64,000 nucleotides of DNA from Octopus vulgaris. Taxonomy: Eukaryota. The position numbers and the translations under genes are program-made. Under the pieces are notes generated by a model, which was not told the DNA's origin, made no database searches, and was given only the letters and a program-made list of their open reading frames with translations. This document shows, in pieces, positions 1-13,117 of the stretch (position 1 is its first letter; each line of letters starts with the position of its first letter). The stretch lies in the NCBI GenBank assembly GCA_951406725.2, contig OX597824.1, positions 186,001 to 250,000 on the forward strand, read 5' to 3'.

Positions 1-1089
1 CTCTGGAACAAACTTTGAACTCAACTCTCCACTTCTGCTGGCAAACTCCTGGCCCTCCCCCCAATACTTTACTCTTTCCCTCTCTTGTGCCTCTTCCATC
101 CTCTCCTCGCAGGACACAACTTCAATAGGATTAGCTACTTTGTTATCTCAGAACTGATTCTACTTGGTTCCAGCAAGGTCCGGGTGATTGGAACTTTAGC
201 TACTTCTCCTGCTCAACTTTCATCATCTAATCACAATCTTTGCAAAGCAAACCATCAGAGCTCTCCATCAGTCTTCTCTTTAGCCTCTCCTTTTCCTCAC
301 CAAAGGCTATCTTTCTGGCTGTAGTCTGGCCATTTCTGCTGTCACTGACCCTTTGATTAGGTTCTCGCGACCATCATTGATTACCCCAATGATGGTCTTG
401 AGGATCTAATCATACCTCCAGCAGTAGTGTACCTTGAAGCAGTTGCGTAAGATCTTTTGCGGGTTCCTGTCTTAGAACACAATCATGAACTGATGTATCA
501 ATGAGGGTGAACCGATGCAGTTACTTGACTTTTATGATTGTAAAAGGAAATGGCACATTGTGCTCTTAACCACTACGCCATATTTCCATGGGCATATGGC
601 GTAGTGGTTATTATAGTTGTAGTAGAAAAGACAAAGAGAAAATTCCTTAAGTACAGTTGTGAGCCAGAAGACGGAGGGAGTCTGTTAGTGAATGAATGCC
701 AATTAGTTGAACCACTTGTGTCTGAATTCAGTCCTGCAGGTGTGTCTGTCTGTCTAGCAGAAGCAGCAGCACCACTGTCCTAGTTATGCAAACAATATTC
801 CATCATGGTTCTCACTTGAGTCTTGTAGAATGTCAGCAGTTGTTAAGGGCTGAAATTTTTTTTCTGCCACTGAAGTAAAATGCCTGGCTGAAACTAGTTC
901 TGTAGTACAAATGTCTTGTTTTCCAAAGTTTTGAATTAAAATCTTCCACCAAACCTCAGTCACAATTTATGTTCCTAACACTAGCTGAATGATAACTAAG
1001 TTATTTTACTAAATTCTTTGTTATATTAAAATTAATTGAAAGAAACACAGAGCATCTCAAAATAAATATGGTACCGAAAGGCTTAAACT

Positions 1090-2900
1090 TAGGTGGGTAG
1101 CCAAACTTTCTGAGACTGTCACACAGAAGTTCCCTGTTTATTGTGTTAAATGTTTCCATTAAAGTCACAGTGAACAGTGCCTAGTAGTGTTCCTTGCATT
1201 CATCATGAAAATGCCTTGTAGATCAAATATGTTTCAGCCCCTGCAGAAACCATATTGTAACTTTGGTATGATGTTCTCTGATATGAACAGGCCCTTTTTC
1301 TTCAGGATAACCTTGGCCTTGACCTTTTTTAAAAATGATCTGCTGACTTTTGTATCCTTTCAATGTTATAGTATTTATTTCTGATTTCATGCTTCTGTGA
1401 TGTAAAATGAAGAAATCTTGTGTATACATTATCACCTTTCCGGAAAATACCTTCTGTAATATTGTCTGGCCCATGAGCCAGATTGTGCTGGCAGCACCAA
1501 CTTCACCCCATGTTGGTGGTTTGTCAAGGTGGTGGGTAAGGAGTATTTCACAAAATTCTTCTGTGATTGCCAAATCCATTGCTTTAGGAATTGGTTTAAG
1601 AGATCTTTCAAATGTTCTACTAAAGTTGACAGATCCTGTCTTTTAGAAGTGCTTCTGATAACTGGTACTATGGAATAGTTACCAAGACCATAAAGAGTCC
1701 TGATTGCATCATAGAAACTGCATCTCATAAATGTCTTCATGCATCTAAATGTTTTGGGCTTTTGCGACCAATTAACCATTCTTCAGAGTGTGAAGGGCAG
1801 ATTGGATCTCACTGATTTTCAGAATATGTGATGAGGAATTTCCTAGACTTGTTTTGTGGGCATTGTGTATGTCATTCAGGAACTTGCTTATTTTGCAAGT
1901 TCTCATTGAACTTGCTTAGGTGATTTTTTTTTGTTTTGTAGTTTATGGCTTCAACAGCAACATTAAGGGCTGTGGAACTTAAAGAGTACCATTTGTCATC
2001 CAATTTTTGAAATGATGAGTGCTGTTGAAACATTAAGTTTGAAAGTTAAGGAATGATGAAAGTTCTTACAAATATTGGTATTGTTGAGCTTAGAGTAATT
2101 GATTTTCTTTTGGTGGTCTTCAGGGTTCTCTTAAGGTGGGGTGCTTGTACTGGGACCTTTGTTAATATCACATTATGATCTGTCCAACACTCAGCTTTCT
2201 TCATTGTGTGAGTGAACAGACATCTTGTAGTGTTTGGATCTGGTATATATCCCAGAGAGTCTCGTATTTATTCTTCAGCCAGAAGATGGTCTTGGTAATG
2301 GTGGAGTCTGATGCCATTGCAGTTAGTTTTCCAAAAACTATGCTTTTCTTCATTTTTTTTCCTTAATCTTGCATCAGAATGAGTCATTAGGATGACTCGA
2401 TTTTCAAATGGTCTTTTAATCTCTGATGATCTGATGACTGAGTTAATACAGACACACGGTAACAGGACACAGCAACTTTCTGCAAAGAAAGCCCAGAAAG
2501 GCCTTAACTGCTCATTGATGCAAACTCGTGCTTTTGCCAGTTTAGATAGCTAACCGTTTCTCATGGCAGAGTTGATGCTTTGTTTGTGATATCCATTCTC
2601 AAGGTAGCCCTTCCAGAAGAATGCTTAACCCTCACCAACTTTAAGAGAACCATCTTTAAATAGCCTAGTCTCATTGAAGACAACATTTGTCCATTGTCGT
2701 ACCTCAGTTCACTGGTTACGAGAGCTGTATGGTGCTTAGCTTGCTTTATTGAATTGTTGATATTAATCAGTTCTTGTATGTTCTACAGGAATTAAGCTGA
2801 GTGCCTGATTTTTAGGTCACCATTTCTAGACCCTAATGTGGGCATCTCAGTTCCAAGATATAGGGCTACTCAGTCCCAACAGTCTGTCAGGGTCAGCCCC
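1090..2900 (-). mobile_element. Highly decayed LINE fragment (RTE-like, endonuclease-to-RT linker region)
   Basis: Broken minus-strand frames include FYDAIRTLYG and LDKPPTWGEV, typical of RTE-like ORF linkers. Multiple stops and frameshifts; boundaries approximate. Confidence 0.5.
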
Positions 2901-3567
2901 CGCCCCACTCTATTCCAGCTATCAATGACTGTTGGCCTTTATTGTTGATGGATAAAGTTCTGACTAGAAGCGCTTGCAACGCATTCAGATTTTCCATCAC
3001 TATCACACTTGTTAGAGATCAAAACTCCATGATCCGTATTGCAGAAGATACCTGCACAATAAGGTTTAATATGGATGTTGAGTTTGCATGTAACCCAGTA
3101 CTTCACCCTGAAGGAACTGTAAATTGACCCAATGGCAAAGTTGGTTCATGATGACTGGTATTGCCTACCATTCTCTTGGAAATCAGTTTAAACTATCCTA
3201 GTTTGTTTTTCTCGTAGGGTGTACTCTCTTAGCCTGTCTTCCTCGACACACCCATAGAACAGCAGAATAGTGACTGATAAAATTCCAGGGCATGTCCACC
3301 ACAGTAGACCAGCACATTATGTCTTGAGGGACCTCCTGCTACTCCAAGATTCTTCATTGAGTTTCCTTAGAGCTGCAAGTATCCATTTAGTATGTGTGGT
3401 GTTAGGGAGGTCTAGCAAAAATCTTGGTCAAAGAGAGGCTGTGGACTCATGGACTCGGCTGCTGCTTCATTCCAAAACATGACCTTGGTAATGGTAGTGA
3501 GCTGTAGGGAAGACAATTGCTAATACTACTGCACCAGACACATCACATCACCCTATCTATATATATA

Positions 3568-3612
<45 letters not shown>

Positions 3613-5262
3613 TTATATATATATATGTATATATATATTTATATATACACACACATAGACATATATACTCACACATACACTTGTGTATATATGTATATAT
3701 ATATAAATATATGCAGTTTAAAACAAGATAAGGCATAAATTTATCTTTTGTCTTTTACACATTTTGATTTAATTTCTATTGAAATATTAGTGAAATCCTA
3801 CAAAATTCAAGGGATTAAAGAATTTGTTACACTTTAAATAAGGGCAATGGTATGCACGTTTGCTGACACACATAATTATATATGGATTTAGTTTTGTGTA
3901 TATGTGTGTATATATATAAGAATGTAAGATTTTTACTTTTTTTACATATGTTACTTTTAATTAGGTTTCTACATTGTCTTTGTCTATGTGTGCCTGTGTA
4001 TATATACTTTGGCCAAATATATATATATTTATATATATACCTGTATGTTTATAGGATTCTATGTATGTTTGGATGGATGGATGTAGTTTGTGTGTGCTCG
4101 TATCTATGTGTTTGTGAATGTATGGATGTAGTACGTGTGTGTGTTTGTGTGTGTGAGTGTGTGAGTGTCTATATTCTCTGATTATAACCTTTACAAACCA
4201 TTAATCCTTTGATATTCTCAGGTTTTACTGACCCAGGTCATGCATCAAAGTTAAATCTGCTAAAGCCTATTAACATTTCAAGCAGAACTAGTCTTTATAC
4301 TGTTATGCTCAATACATACACACACACACACACACACACATACACACACACATACATACATACATACATGCATGCAGACATACATACATACATACATACA
4401 TACATACATACACACACACATACACACATACACACACACATACATACATATATACATACATACATACATACACACATACACACACACGAGCTCATTTAGT
4501 TGGATGTAATATATAAACATGTAAACTGACACAGTATATGTATGTGTGTGTGTGTATATATATATGTGTGTGTGTTTATGTGCACAAACATGTATTTACC
4601 CATGCATACATAACTTTGCATATCTACAGACAGACTGGTGCATGCACACACATATATATATATATAAAAGTAGATAAATGGTACAACAAGGCTCCAATAT
4701 ATATATACACACATATATATAACATATTTGCGATTACACATGCACACACAAAACCTGTGGTGGTGGTGGTGATGTTAAATTTTGTTAGAAGTTGGATGTT
4801 TTGTAATTTATCTTCCTCGTGTCATCAGGATCAGCCAATTTAGATTAATATTTGACAGTTGATATAATAAACATCCATTTTTTTGTTGCTTTTTTTGTTT
4901 TCTTCCCTCCCTTTCTCTTCTCCAAATATCACTCTTACTACTACCCCTTCACAAACCCACCACCTCCCCCACTCCCATATACTCATCTGATTGAAGTGAT
5001 TGTCCCCTTTTTTTGTGTGATTGTTTATTTAGATATACACTTTCTCCCCTCACCCCACCCCCACCTTCTCTTGCCTTATGTGAGTTTTTGGTTTTTAATT
5101 CTCTATTTTGATTTTGTTCAATTAACGTAGCTTCCATTTAATTTGCAATTTTTGCAAAGAGGGAGCAGGAGAAGTCTCATTAATGGAATTCATATTTTAG
5201 GGTTGGTTAAATAGTTCATTAGTGACTGATTTATGCATACATACAATCCCCACCCCACCCCC

Positions 5263-5304
<42 letters not shown>

Positions 5305-5439
5305 CATTAGTAGGGTAGAAACAGTGATTGCAAAGTGTCTTCTGATATTTGTTAGATTCGTATATGTGATACGTGGAATCTGTTATGTATTTGGTGCCAG
5401 ATTCAGATGTGGAATCTGTATGTATTTGTCGTTAGACAT

Positions 5440-6260
5440 GTGTATGTATTTCGTCTGTCTTTACATTCTGAGTTCAAATTCCACTGAGGTCGACTTTGCT
5501 TTTCATCCTTTCAGGCTTGATAAATCAAGTACCAGTTGTGTACTGGAGTTGGTCTAATCGACTGGCCCCCCAAAATTTTGGGCTTTGTGCCCAGAGTAGA
5601 AAAAAAAAGAAAGAATAAGTGGTAAGGTCAACCCTGGTGGTATTTGAACTCAGAATGCACAGTCAGAAGAAATGCCTTTAAACATTTTTCCTGGTGCAGT
5701 TACAATTCTGCCAGAAGCTCCCTGCCTTCATAATAATATTGAAGATCTGTCAAGGTCGACTTTGCCTTTCATCCTTTTGGGGTTGATAAATTAAGTACCA
5801 GTTACATACTAGGGTCAATCTAATCGAATGGCCCCTACCTCCCCAAAAATTTCAGGCCTTGAGTAGAAAAGAATAATATTGAAGATAATAGTAATCAAGG
5901 CCTGAAATTATGGGGGTGAGTGCTTGTTGGTTAGATTGACCCCAGTATGCAACTGGTACTTATTTTATTGACTCCCAAAAGGATGAATGGCAAAGTCATC
6001 CTGGATGGAATTTGAACTCAGTCTTGGAAGAAGTGCTACAAAGCAATTTTGTCCAACACTTTAAAAGTTCTGCCACCTTGAATAATAAGTTTGGGGACAA
6101 AGCCAGAAATTGTAGGAGAATGGGTAAGTCAGTCACACTGGTGCAAGTACTTTATCAGCCCCAAAAGGATGAAAGGCAAAGCTGTCCATGACAGTATTTG
6201 AACTTGGAATGTAAAGAACTGTAAGGAATACCACAAGGAATTTTGCCTGATGCTCTAATC
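5440..6260. mobile_element. Cluster of family-A SINE fragments in both orientations
   Basis: Repeated gagttcaaattcc/gaatttgaactc and ctttcatcct/aggatgaaag motifs. The truncated copy at ~5747-5871 has TSD aataatattgaagat. Confidence 0.75.
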
Positions 6261-6581
6261 ATCATCTTCATCATCATCATCATCGTTTAATGTCCACCTT
6301 CGATGCTGGCATGGGTCTAATGATTCTGTCAATTCCCTACTTTAATAATTGTTTCTGATTTAGGTACGAGGCCAATTGTGCTGAGGGAGAAGATGGATTC
6401 AGTTGATACTGTCAACCCCTGGACATGACTGATATTTTATTTCATTCATCCCTTCCCCTTTCCCCAGAAGGATAAGATACAAAATCGATTTCACCTGGAT
6501 TTGAACTCAGAATGTAAAAAAAGCAGAACAAATACTATAAGGGCTGTGATGCAAGCTTGGGCAATCTGTTTTGAGAAGTAG

Positions 6582-6700
6582 GCCACATGTGACATGACTC
6601 ATCATCAAGCCAGCCACATGAGACATGGCTCATCATCAAGCCAGCCACATGAGACATGGCTCATCATCAAGCCAGCCACATGAGACATGGCTCATCATCA
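6582..6700. repeat. 31-bp minisatellite, ~3.9 copies
   Basis: Unit gccacatgagacatggctcatcatcaagcca at 6582, 6613, 6644, 6675. Confidence 0.9.
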
Positions 6701-7811
6701 GATAGGCTGATGAGGTAATATGTCATTCAGAAAGTCCCTTGGGTTGCAATTTGCCCACGATTGCTTTAATTTTTACCTATCCATTAACATTGAGTTTTTA
6801 AAATATTAATGACTCTATCATTATCCAGTTGCCTGGTGACTTGCCTGGACCATTACAACTCTTCTATGCTACATGTCCCAATTGAGTGATGTGGCATGAA
6901 TGTCTGGTTTGCATTTTAGTCACATTGGTCATTCACTGGCTGAAATATCTCCTCTGCACAGCAGTGGCTACAGATGACAGCAATAGTTTGCCCAACTGGT
7001 TGATCCTGTCTCTTAACACTTTGTTGATTGTTCATCCAATCAGCATTTAGTGACACTCACCGTTGATTCAATAATATTCATTTACCAAAACAGTTCACAT
7101 CTGCCATGTTGCATCCCATGATTTCAGTGTACCCTGGACTCAGTGGTTACATGCTGCTTAACACATAGCTCTGACTCTGACAGGATCTACTACTCTGGAT
7201 CAGAGCAGACGTGGGAACAATAATGGCAAAGAGATGGTTCTACACTCTTCAAAACCCTGGAATTCCTGAACCAGATGCATTTTAAAACCCTAACCCAGTA
7301 CAAATAATTCCTTAAAATACCTCAAAACTGTAAATTTGTGGGGTCAGAGCAAGTGATTTTAGGTGCTTATATATTGCATATTTGGTAGTTATTTTATTAA
7401 GAGAGGTGACCCTGGAAAGGACTAAATGCTAAGGTGCTTAGTCTAGAGTACCACATTCTACACACCTCTACTCTTCAGCCATTATCATATCTGAAAATGA
7501 TAACAAACTATAAATAATGTCAACCTCTTATCATTTAATTGTGCATATATTGTTTCTTCATTCTTATCAATGTTAGAATGTGAATGGCTCTTTCTCTCCC
7601 TCCCTCTCTCACACACATTTTAGGATATATGCATGTATGTATATATAAAATAAATGAAGATCAATGGCAGTGCAGTACATACTGTAAAGATCTCAATAGC
7701 ATTGTAATTTATTTGTAATTGGTGGATTGCACAATCCAAAATCCTCAGGCATTGTGAACCATTGAATGTATATACATACATATACATCCACATGTGTATG
7801 CATACACATGT

Positions 7812-7849
<38 letters not shown>

Positions 7850-7854
<5 letters not shown>

Positions 7855-8713
7855 ATCTGAAATGCGAAAAGTTTGTTTGTTTGTTTGTCTGGTTTTGGCA
7901 TTGAGAATGGGTTAAAGGCCACCAGATTCTGTCGGATTGACTCCAAAATTTACAGGGACATGTAAAATGAGGTGAGGATGCCAGTGGGCTAGGTTAGAAA
8001 TACCCATCTTAAAAGGTGTCGTTGCTAGGGCCAAAAATGCACTTTGACAAGTCTACTCTCATTCTTTTATGTATCTGTCTTCCTCCGTCACTCACTCTCT
8101 TTCCTCCCTTCCCATCACTTTCTATATATAACGTCGTTTAACAGCGTCTAACTCCCTTACCATCATTTTCTCTTTATAACGTTGTGTCACAGCGTTCTAT
8201 ATCTCCCCCCTCCCCGCCTTCGACAGCGATTTCACACTCTCTCTCTACGTCTGTCTGCATTCATAGAGAGAATTATCATCGCCACCACCACCACCACCAC
8301 ACAATCATGAGAACAAATATTATGAATCAGATATTTATTGGGTTTATTTATAGATGTGTGTGTGTGTGTTCTATATATAAATATGTATATATAATATATA
8401 TATACAAAGTGTATATATCTGTATTTATGTATATTAAACTTTTTAATACTTTTTGATAGTTATATATATATTTTTTTAAAATTATAAATATAAATTAATA
8501 ATTTTAATTTTAAATTTAAATAATTTAAATTTTTCAATTTTATATTTTATATATTTTGTATGTTATATTTTTATTTTTACGTTTTAGTTTGTTTTTCACT
8601 GTTTGATTTGCCTATTAGTGGTTTTATCTCTAATTTAATTTATACACATATATATATATAATTTGTATACATTTTATATATAATGCGTGCACACACACAC
8701 ACACACACACACA

Positions 8714-8747
<34 letters not shown>

Positions 8748-9923
8748 CATTATGTGGTCGGTTGAGCTGAAAATAGGCACACCTATGTTAAAAGTGCTGG
8801 CAAGTTTGCATGACAACTATTTTTTTCCTCAAATGAAAGGCGTGACCTCTAGGACAAAATTCCTCATCTTATAAAATGTGGCCCCAGTAGACCCGAATGA
8901 AATCGGGTTATATTAACCAAAATGTGAAAAGGGGTCTAAATGGGGCTGGAAGGGGATTAAAATTTACAGGAGCGGGTGTTTAGGAATTCTCTGTTACATC
9001 AAGCTAAAAAATTTGCGCCAGCCTTTTAATCGTCAATGTGTTGCCGTCCATGATGAAGAAGTTTTGAATGCTTGCCATGGTGAGTCTACTGTCGTGAGAA
9101 AGAATCACTTCAAAACTTGGTGTTTAGGAATTTTCTTTTACATCAAGTTCAAAATTTTACGCCAGCCGTTAAACTGTCAATACGTTGCTGTCCGTCGTTA
9201 AGAAATGCCAGCCATGGTGACTCTACTATCCTCAGATTCTATCCCTTCAAACTTTGGTTTCCAATATTTTATTATTTTTATTCAGCTCGCAAGTTCGTCT
9301 GTCCCTTTTAAATGTTAGTGTTTTGCTGTCTGCCTTGAAGCAGACCTTTCCGTTGTCACTGCCTGATATTTATGATTGATCTTTCAAAATATTTTATTTC
9401 TCAACTTACTCAAGATCTTTTGTTGTTTATAAATGGGAGAGAGATAGATAAAGATAGAGAGTAAGAGAAAGCGAGGGAGAGTCGAGAGAAAAGAAAAGTA
9501 AGAGAGTGGGAAAGTGAGAGAGAAAGAGAGAGAAACAAAGAGGGAGAATCATCATCATCATCGTTTAATGTCCGTTTTCCGTGCTAGCACGGGTTGGACA
9601 GTTTGACCGGGGTCTGGGAAGCCAGGAGGCTGCACCAGGCTCCAGTCTGATCTGGCAGTGTTTCTACAGGTGGATGCCCTTCCTAACGCCAACCACTCTG
9701 TGAGTGTAGTGGGTGCTTTTTTCATGCCACCGGCACAGGTGCCAGGGGGCCTGGCAGCGGCCACGATCGGTTGGTGCTTTTTACGTACCACCGGCACAGA
9801 AACCAGTCAAGGCGGCACTGCCATCGGCCACATTCGGATGGTGCTTTTTACATGCTGAAAGGAAGCAACAGAAAGTAACAACCACACTCTTACCCGCATG
9901 TAGAGCGGGTCACCTTAAGCTAG
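7850..9923 (+). mobile_element. Non-autonomous Helitron-like element with a nested SINE-like repeat
   Basis: 3' end has hairpin acccgc-atgtaga-gcgggt (9892-9910), then CTAG (9920-9923) before T. The 5' end is in (TA)n and is homologous to 63382 onward. Internal ~144-bp tandem duplication (~8975 and ~9119). Confidence 0.7.
9549..9856 (-). mobile_element. Interspersed repeat with (GAT)n tail (family D); other copies ~16540-16870, 33640-33940, 48943-49170, 53072-53217
   Basis: Shared ggttggcgttaggaagggcatccagctgtagaaa..caacccatgctagcatggaaagcggacgttaaacgatgatg. Confidence 0.75.
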
Positions 9924-10160
9924 TATATATATATATATATATATATAAATATATACATGCATATCAGTTAAATGTCCCTAGTCATAAAAAAAACCATGCT
10001 CAGAATGAGTAATAGAGCAGTTGTATTTTTATATATCATTGAGTAGTATATATCATAGTTATGACACATAACTGGTCAGTTCTATTGCCCAGGTGCAATA
10101 GTGGGTGCAAAGCCAATGGTAACATTCTGACCAGTTATATACTATAACTAATAATATATT

Positions 10161-10357
10161 CGTTTCTACCCTAGGCACAAGGCCTGAAATTTCTGGGGAG
10201 GAGGACAGTCGATTAGATCGACCCCAGTATGCAACTGGTACTTAATTTATTGACCCTGAAAGGATGAAAGACAAAGTCGACCTTGGCAGAATTTGAACTC
10301 AGAACGTAAAGACCATTTCACCCGGCGTGCTAATGTTTCTGCCAGCTCGCTGCCATC
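10161..10357 (-). mobile_element. SINE family A copy with ~17-bp TSD, inserted into a foldback element
   Basis: TSD ataactaataatatatt / ataaccaataacatatt. Confidence 0.8.
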
Positions 10358-11305
10358 ATAACCAATAACATATTGCTTGATGATATATAAACACACATGC
10401 ACGTACGCACACACACATATATATGCTAGAAGTAATTGTCGTTTCTGTGATATTACCTCACTCTTCCAGAAGCTTCCAACCTAGTTTGACCTAATACTCT
10501 ATTTAAGAAACACAAAGAAGGAAAACATTAATGTCTCTCTCTCTCTCACTGACATTTATAGTTTGTCATTTGACTCGGTATAATGCTTCTATTTCTTTTT
10601 ATATTGCTAGCACAATATCATCTAAGATATGTGGCACAGTTATAGAAATAGTATTTGGTAGGTGTGTCAATAATCTGACAAAGACCAGAGTTGACTCAAC
10701 TCCATACTTCTGTCCCATATTATTCAACTTTATACATTTCTGGAAACCTATGATCTTTTCTCTCGAGTTTTGAGACAAACTTCTGGTTTTAAAGTAACCT
10801 GAATTAAAACATTCCATCGAAATTTCATGGCAATGAATGTCATTATTCAGTTTTATTTCAAGATTTCTTACCAATAGAGGAAGAATTGGTTTCTAACCCA
10901 GAGCCGAGCTTCCTTCATTGGAATTTCAACATCAACAACAGGGTATTTTTGTTTGTATGTATGTATGTATTTATGTATGTGCAGATTTGTATGTTTTTAT
11001 GTATGTATTCCCATGCATATAGTTACATATCTAGACATGTTCATATAAATTTAAATGATAAACTTCTGGAAAGTTTTACAGATGTTTACCGTTCCAGTGA
11101 TGGATTAGATCTGTAGTCTTCGAATAGCTTTCTCCTTTCTGGTTTTGAGAAACCTAATTTCTCAAGATTGGTATTTAGGCAGTGTGTGACATTTCCCAGG
11201 GCCCAAATAATTACAGGTATAAACCATAAACCTGAACTTGTAATCTAGATAGAGTAACTGCAGATTTCTCAATAGTTCAGTATAGGTGTTCTCTTTTACA
11301 TGTCT

Positions 11306-11462
11306 ATGTATGTATGTACTTACGTATATGTATGTATGTACTTACGTATATGTATGTATGTATGTACTTACGTATATGTATGTATGTACTTACGTATATG
11401 TATGTATGTATGTACTTACGTATATGTATGTATGTACTTACGTATATGTATGTATGTATGTA
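11306..11462. repeat. Compound (TATG)n/tacttacgta minisatellite
   Basis: Repeated tatgtatgtacttacgta units with variable TATG number. Confidence 0.85.
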
Positions 11463-11481
11463 CACACGTGCGTGTGCACAC

Positions 11482-11822
11482 AGGTGCAGGTATGGCTCTG
11501 TGGTAAAGAGTTTGCTTGCCAACAGCCATGTTCTAGATCAGTCCTACTGCATGGCACCTTGGGCAAGTGTTTTACAAGTGTCTTCTTCTATAGCCTTGTG
11601 TGTGAATTTGGTTGACAGAAACTGAAAGAAGCCTGTCGTATATGTATGCATGCATGTGTGTTTGCCCTCCACCACTGCTTGACAACTGGTGTTTTATTTA
11701 TGTCCCCTTAACTTAGTGGTTTGGTAAAGGAAACTGATAGAATAAGTACCAGGTTTTAAAATATAAATGCTGGGGTCAATTCATTTGACTAAAACCCTGC
11801 AAGAGGGTGTGCTCCAGCTAGG
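11482..11822 (+). mobile_element. SINE family B copy (diverged)
   Basis: Matches the family B consensus. Confidence 0.75.
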
Positions 11823-12608
11823 CTTACAAAGAATAAGATATGTTGGGTTGTGGCCTGTAGAAGTGAAGTTGAAGTAGTGTGACACACTGACATTCACATT
11901 TATTGTATTAGATATGTTTAATTTGGGGGGAAACTGTATTTCAATTAAAGTGTATTTTATATATATATATTTATGTATGTGTGTGTGTGTGTATATATAT
12001 ATGTACATGTGCACCTACACACATGTATGTATCAAAGAAAGCAAAAATGAAAATGATAGTGTTCAGTAGTTGGTTCAGTATGCTGGCCACAGGAATTTTT
12101 GTTCAGGAACATTGTACATCATCTCTCTCTTGCTCTTATTATTACTGCCATTGCAAACATCAACTCTCCCTAAATTTCTTTGTCTCCCTTTCTCTCCCTC
12201 TCTTTTTCTCTCTCTATCTGTCTTTGCCACCGCCCTCACCATCTCCATGCCTACTATTATTCACTATCTCTCACTATTCAATGTGTCATTGAATAGTGAG
12301 AGAGAGAGGGTCAAAGTGTGACACACTGACACACAAATTAGTTTTTGCATTTATTATATTAGATAAGAAACAGAAAGTCCTTGGTACTATAAGGGCATAT
12401 GTATATGAATGGGTGTTTGTATGTATGTATTTAGTTAAACACTCCCTATTTAAACGGTGATTAAACTCAAAACTATCACTTTGAAGACTGCTTTTAAGTG
12501 AGAAACTTCCATCAGTCACCTTTTTGTAAACTTATAACCACTTGATTATTTAAGTGGAAAAATTATCAGAAAAGCTTTTTCTATTCATTTATTCAAACAC
12601 ACACACAC

Positions 12609-12661
<53 letters not shown>

Positions 12662-12836
12662 AATATTAGGGAATAAATCCAAATTTACAGGGAAAAAAAA
12701 TCAGATTTAGGATTAAATCCAATTTTATAGTAAAATATTATATAATATTAATTAGAGACAAAACCACTATTTTGCAAAACAAACAAGGAAAGACTTAATC
12801 AATACATAAGATTTTAATAAAAAGTCAAAAAAACCG

Positions 12837-12879
12837 CCACTACAATTGTTTCTTGTCCTGATCGACAATCTTCAGGTGG
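12837..12879 (-). ncRNA. Mirror copy of the same hammerhead motif on the minus strand
   Basis: Exact reverse complement of 12935-12977 within the perfect inverted repeat. Confidence 0.78.
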
Positions 12880-12934
12880 ACTTCCAATTTTCAAGTCAGT
12901 TTCAAATTATGAAACTGACTTGAAAATTGGAAGT

Positions 12935-12977
12935 CCACCTGAAGATTGTCGATCAGGACAAGAAACAATTGTAGTGG
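12935..12977 (+). ncRNA. Minimal type I hammerhead ribozyme motif (Penelope-like-element type)
   Basis: ccac-CTGAAGA-ttgtc(gatcag)gacaa-GAAA-caattg-TA-gtgg. Core CUGANGA/GAAA, stem I ccac/gtgg, 5-bp stem II, palindromic short stem III, GUA cleavage triplet (12971-12973). Confidence 0.8.
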
Positions 12978-13065
12978 CGGTTTTTTTGACTTTTTATTAA
13001 AATCTTATGTATTGATTAAGTCTTTCCTTGTTTGTTTTGCAAAATAGTGGTTTTGTCTCTAATTA

Positions 13066-13117
<52 letters not shown>

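Larger units (their letters stand above)
12658..13070. mobile_element. Penelope-like non-autonomous element containing a perfect palindrome (arms 12744-12904 and 12910-13070, 5-nt loop), embedded in (TA)n
   Basis: The 161-bp arms are reverse complements by eye with loop aatta. Each arm carries a hammerhead, and (TA)n tracts lie on both sides. Inverted pLTRs with hammerheads are known hallmarks of Penelope-like elements. Confidence 0.7.

Noticed and set aside
570-790. Possible minus-strand exon (DSGAAASARQTDTPAG..)
   Set aside because: Weak acceptor, no convincing donor, no recognisable homology.
3517-4843. ORFs rich in YI/CV/HT dipeptides (also 11286-11625, 33260-33640, 39398-39815 and others)
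   Set aside because: Translations of (TA)n, (CA)n, (CT)n and (TATG)n microsatellites.
6582-6700. 31-bp direct repeats as a CRISPR array
   Set aside because: Head-to-tail units without spacers, no cas genes, eukaryotic context.
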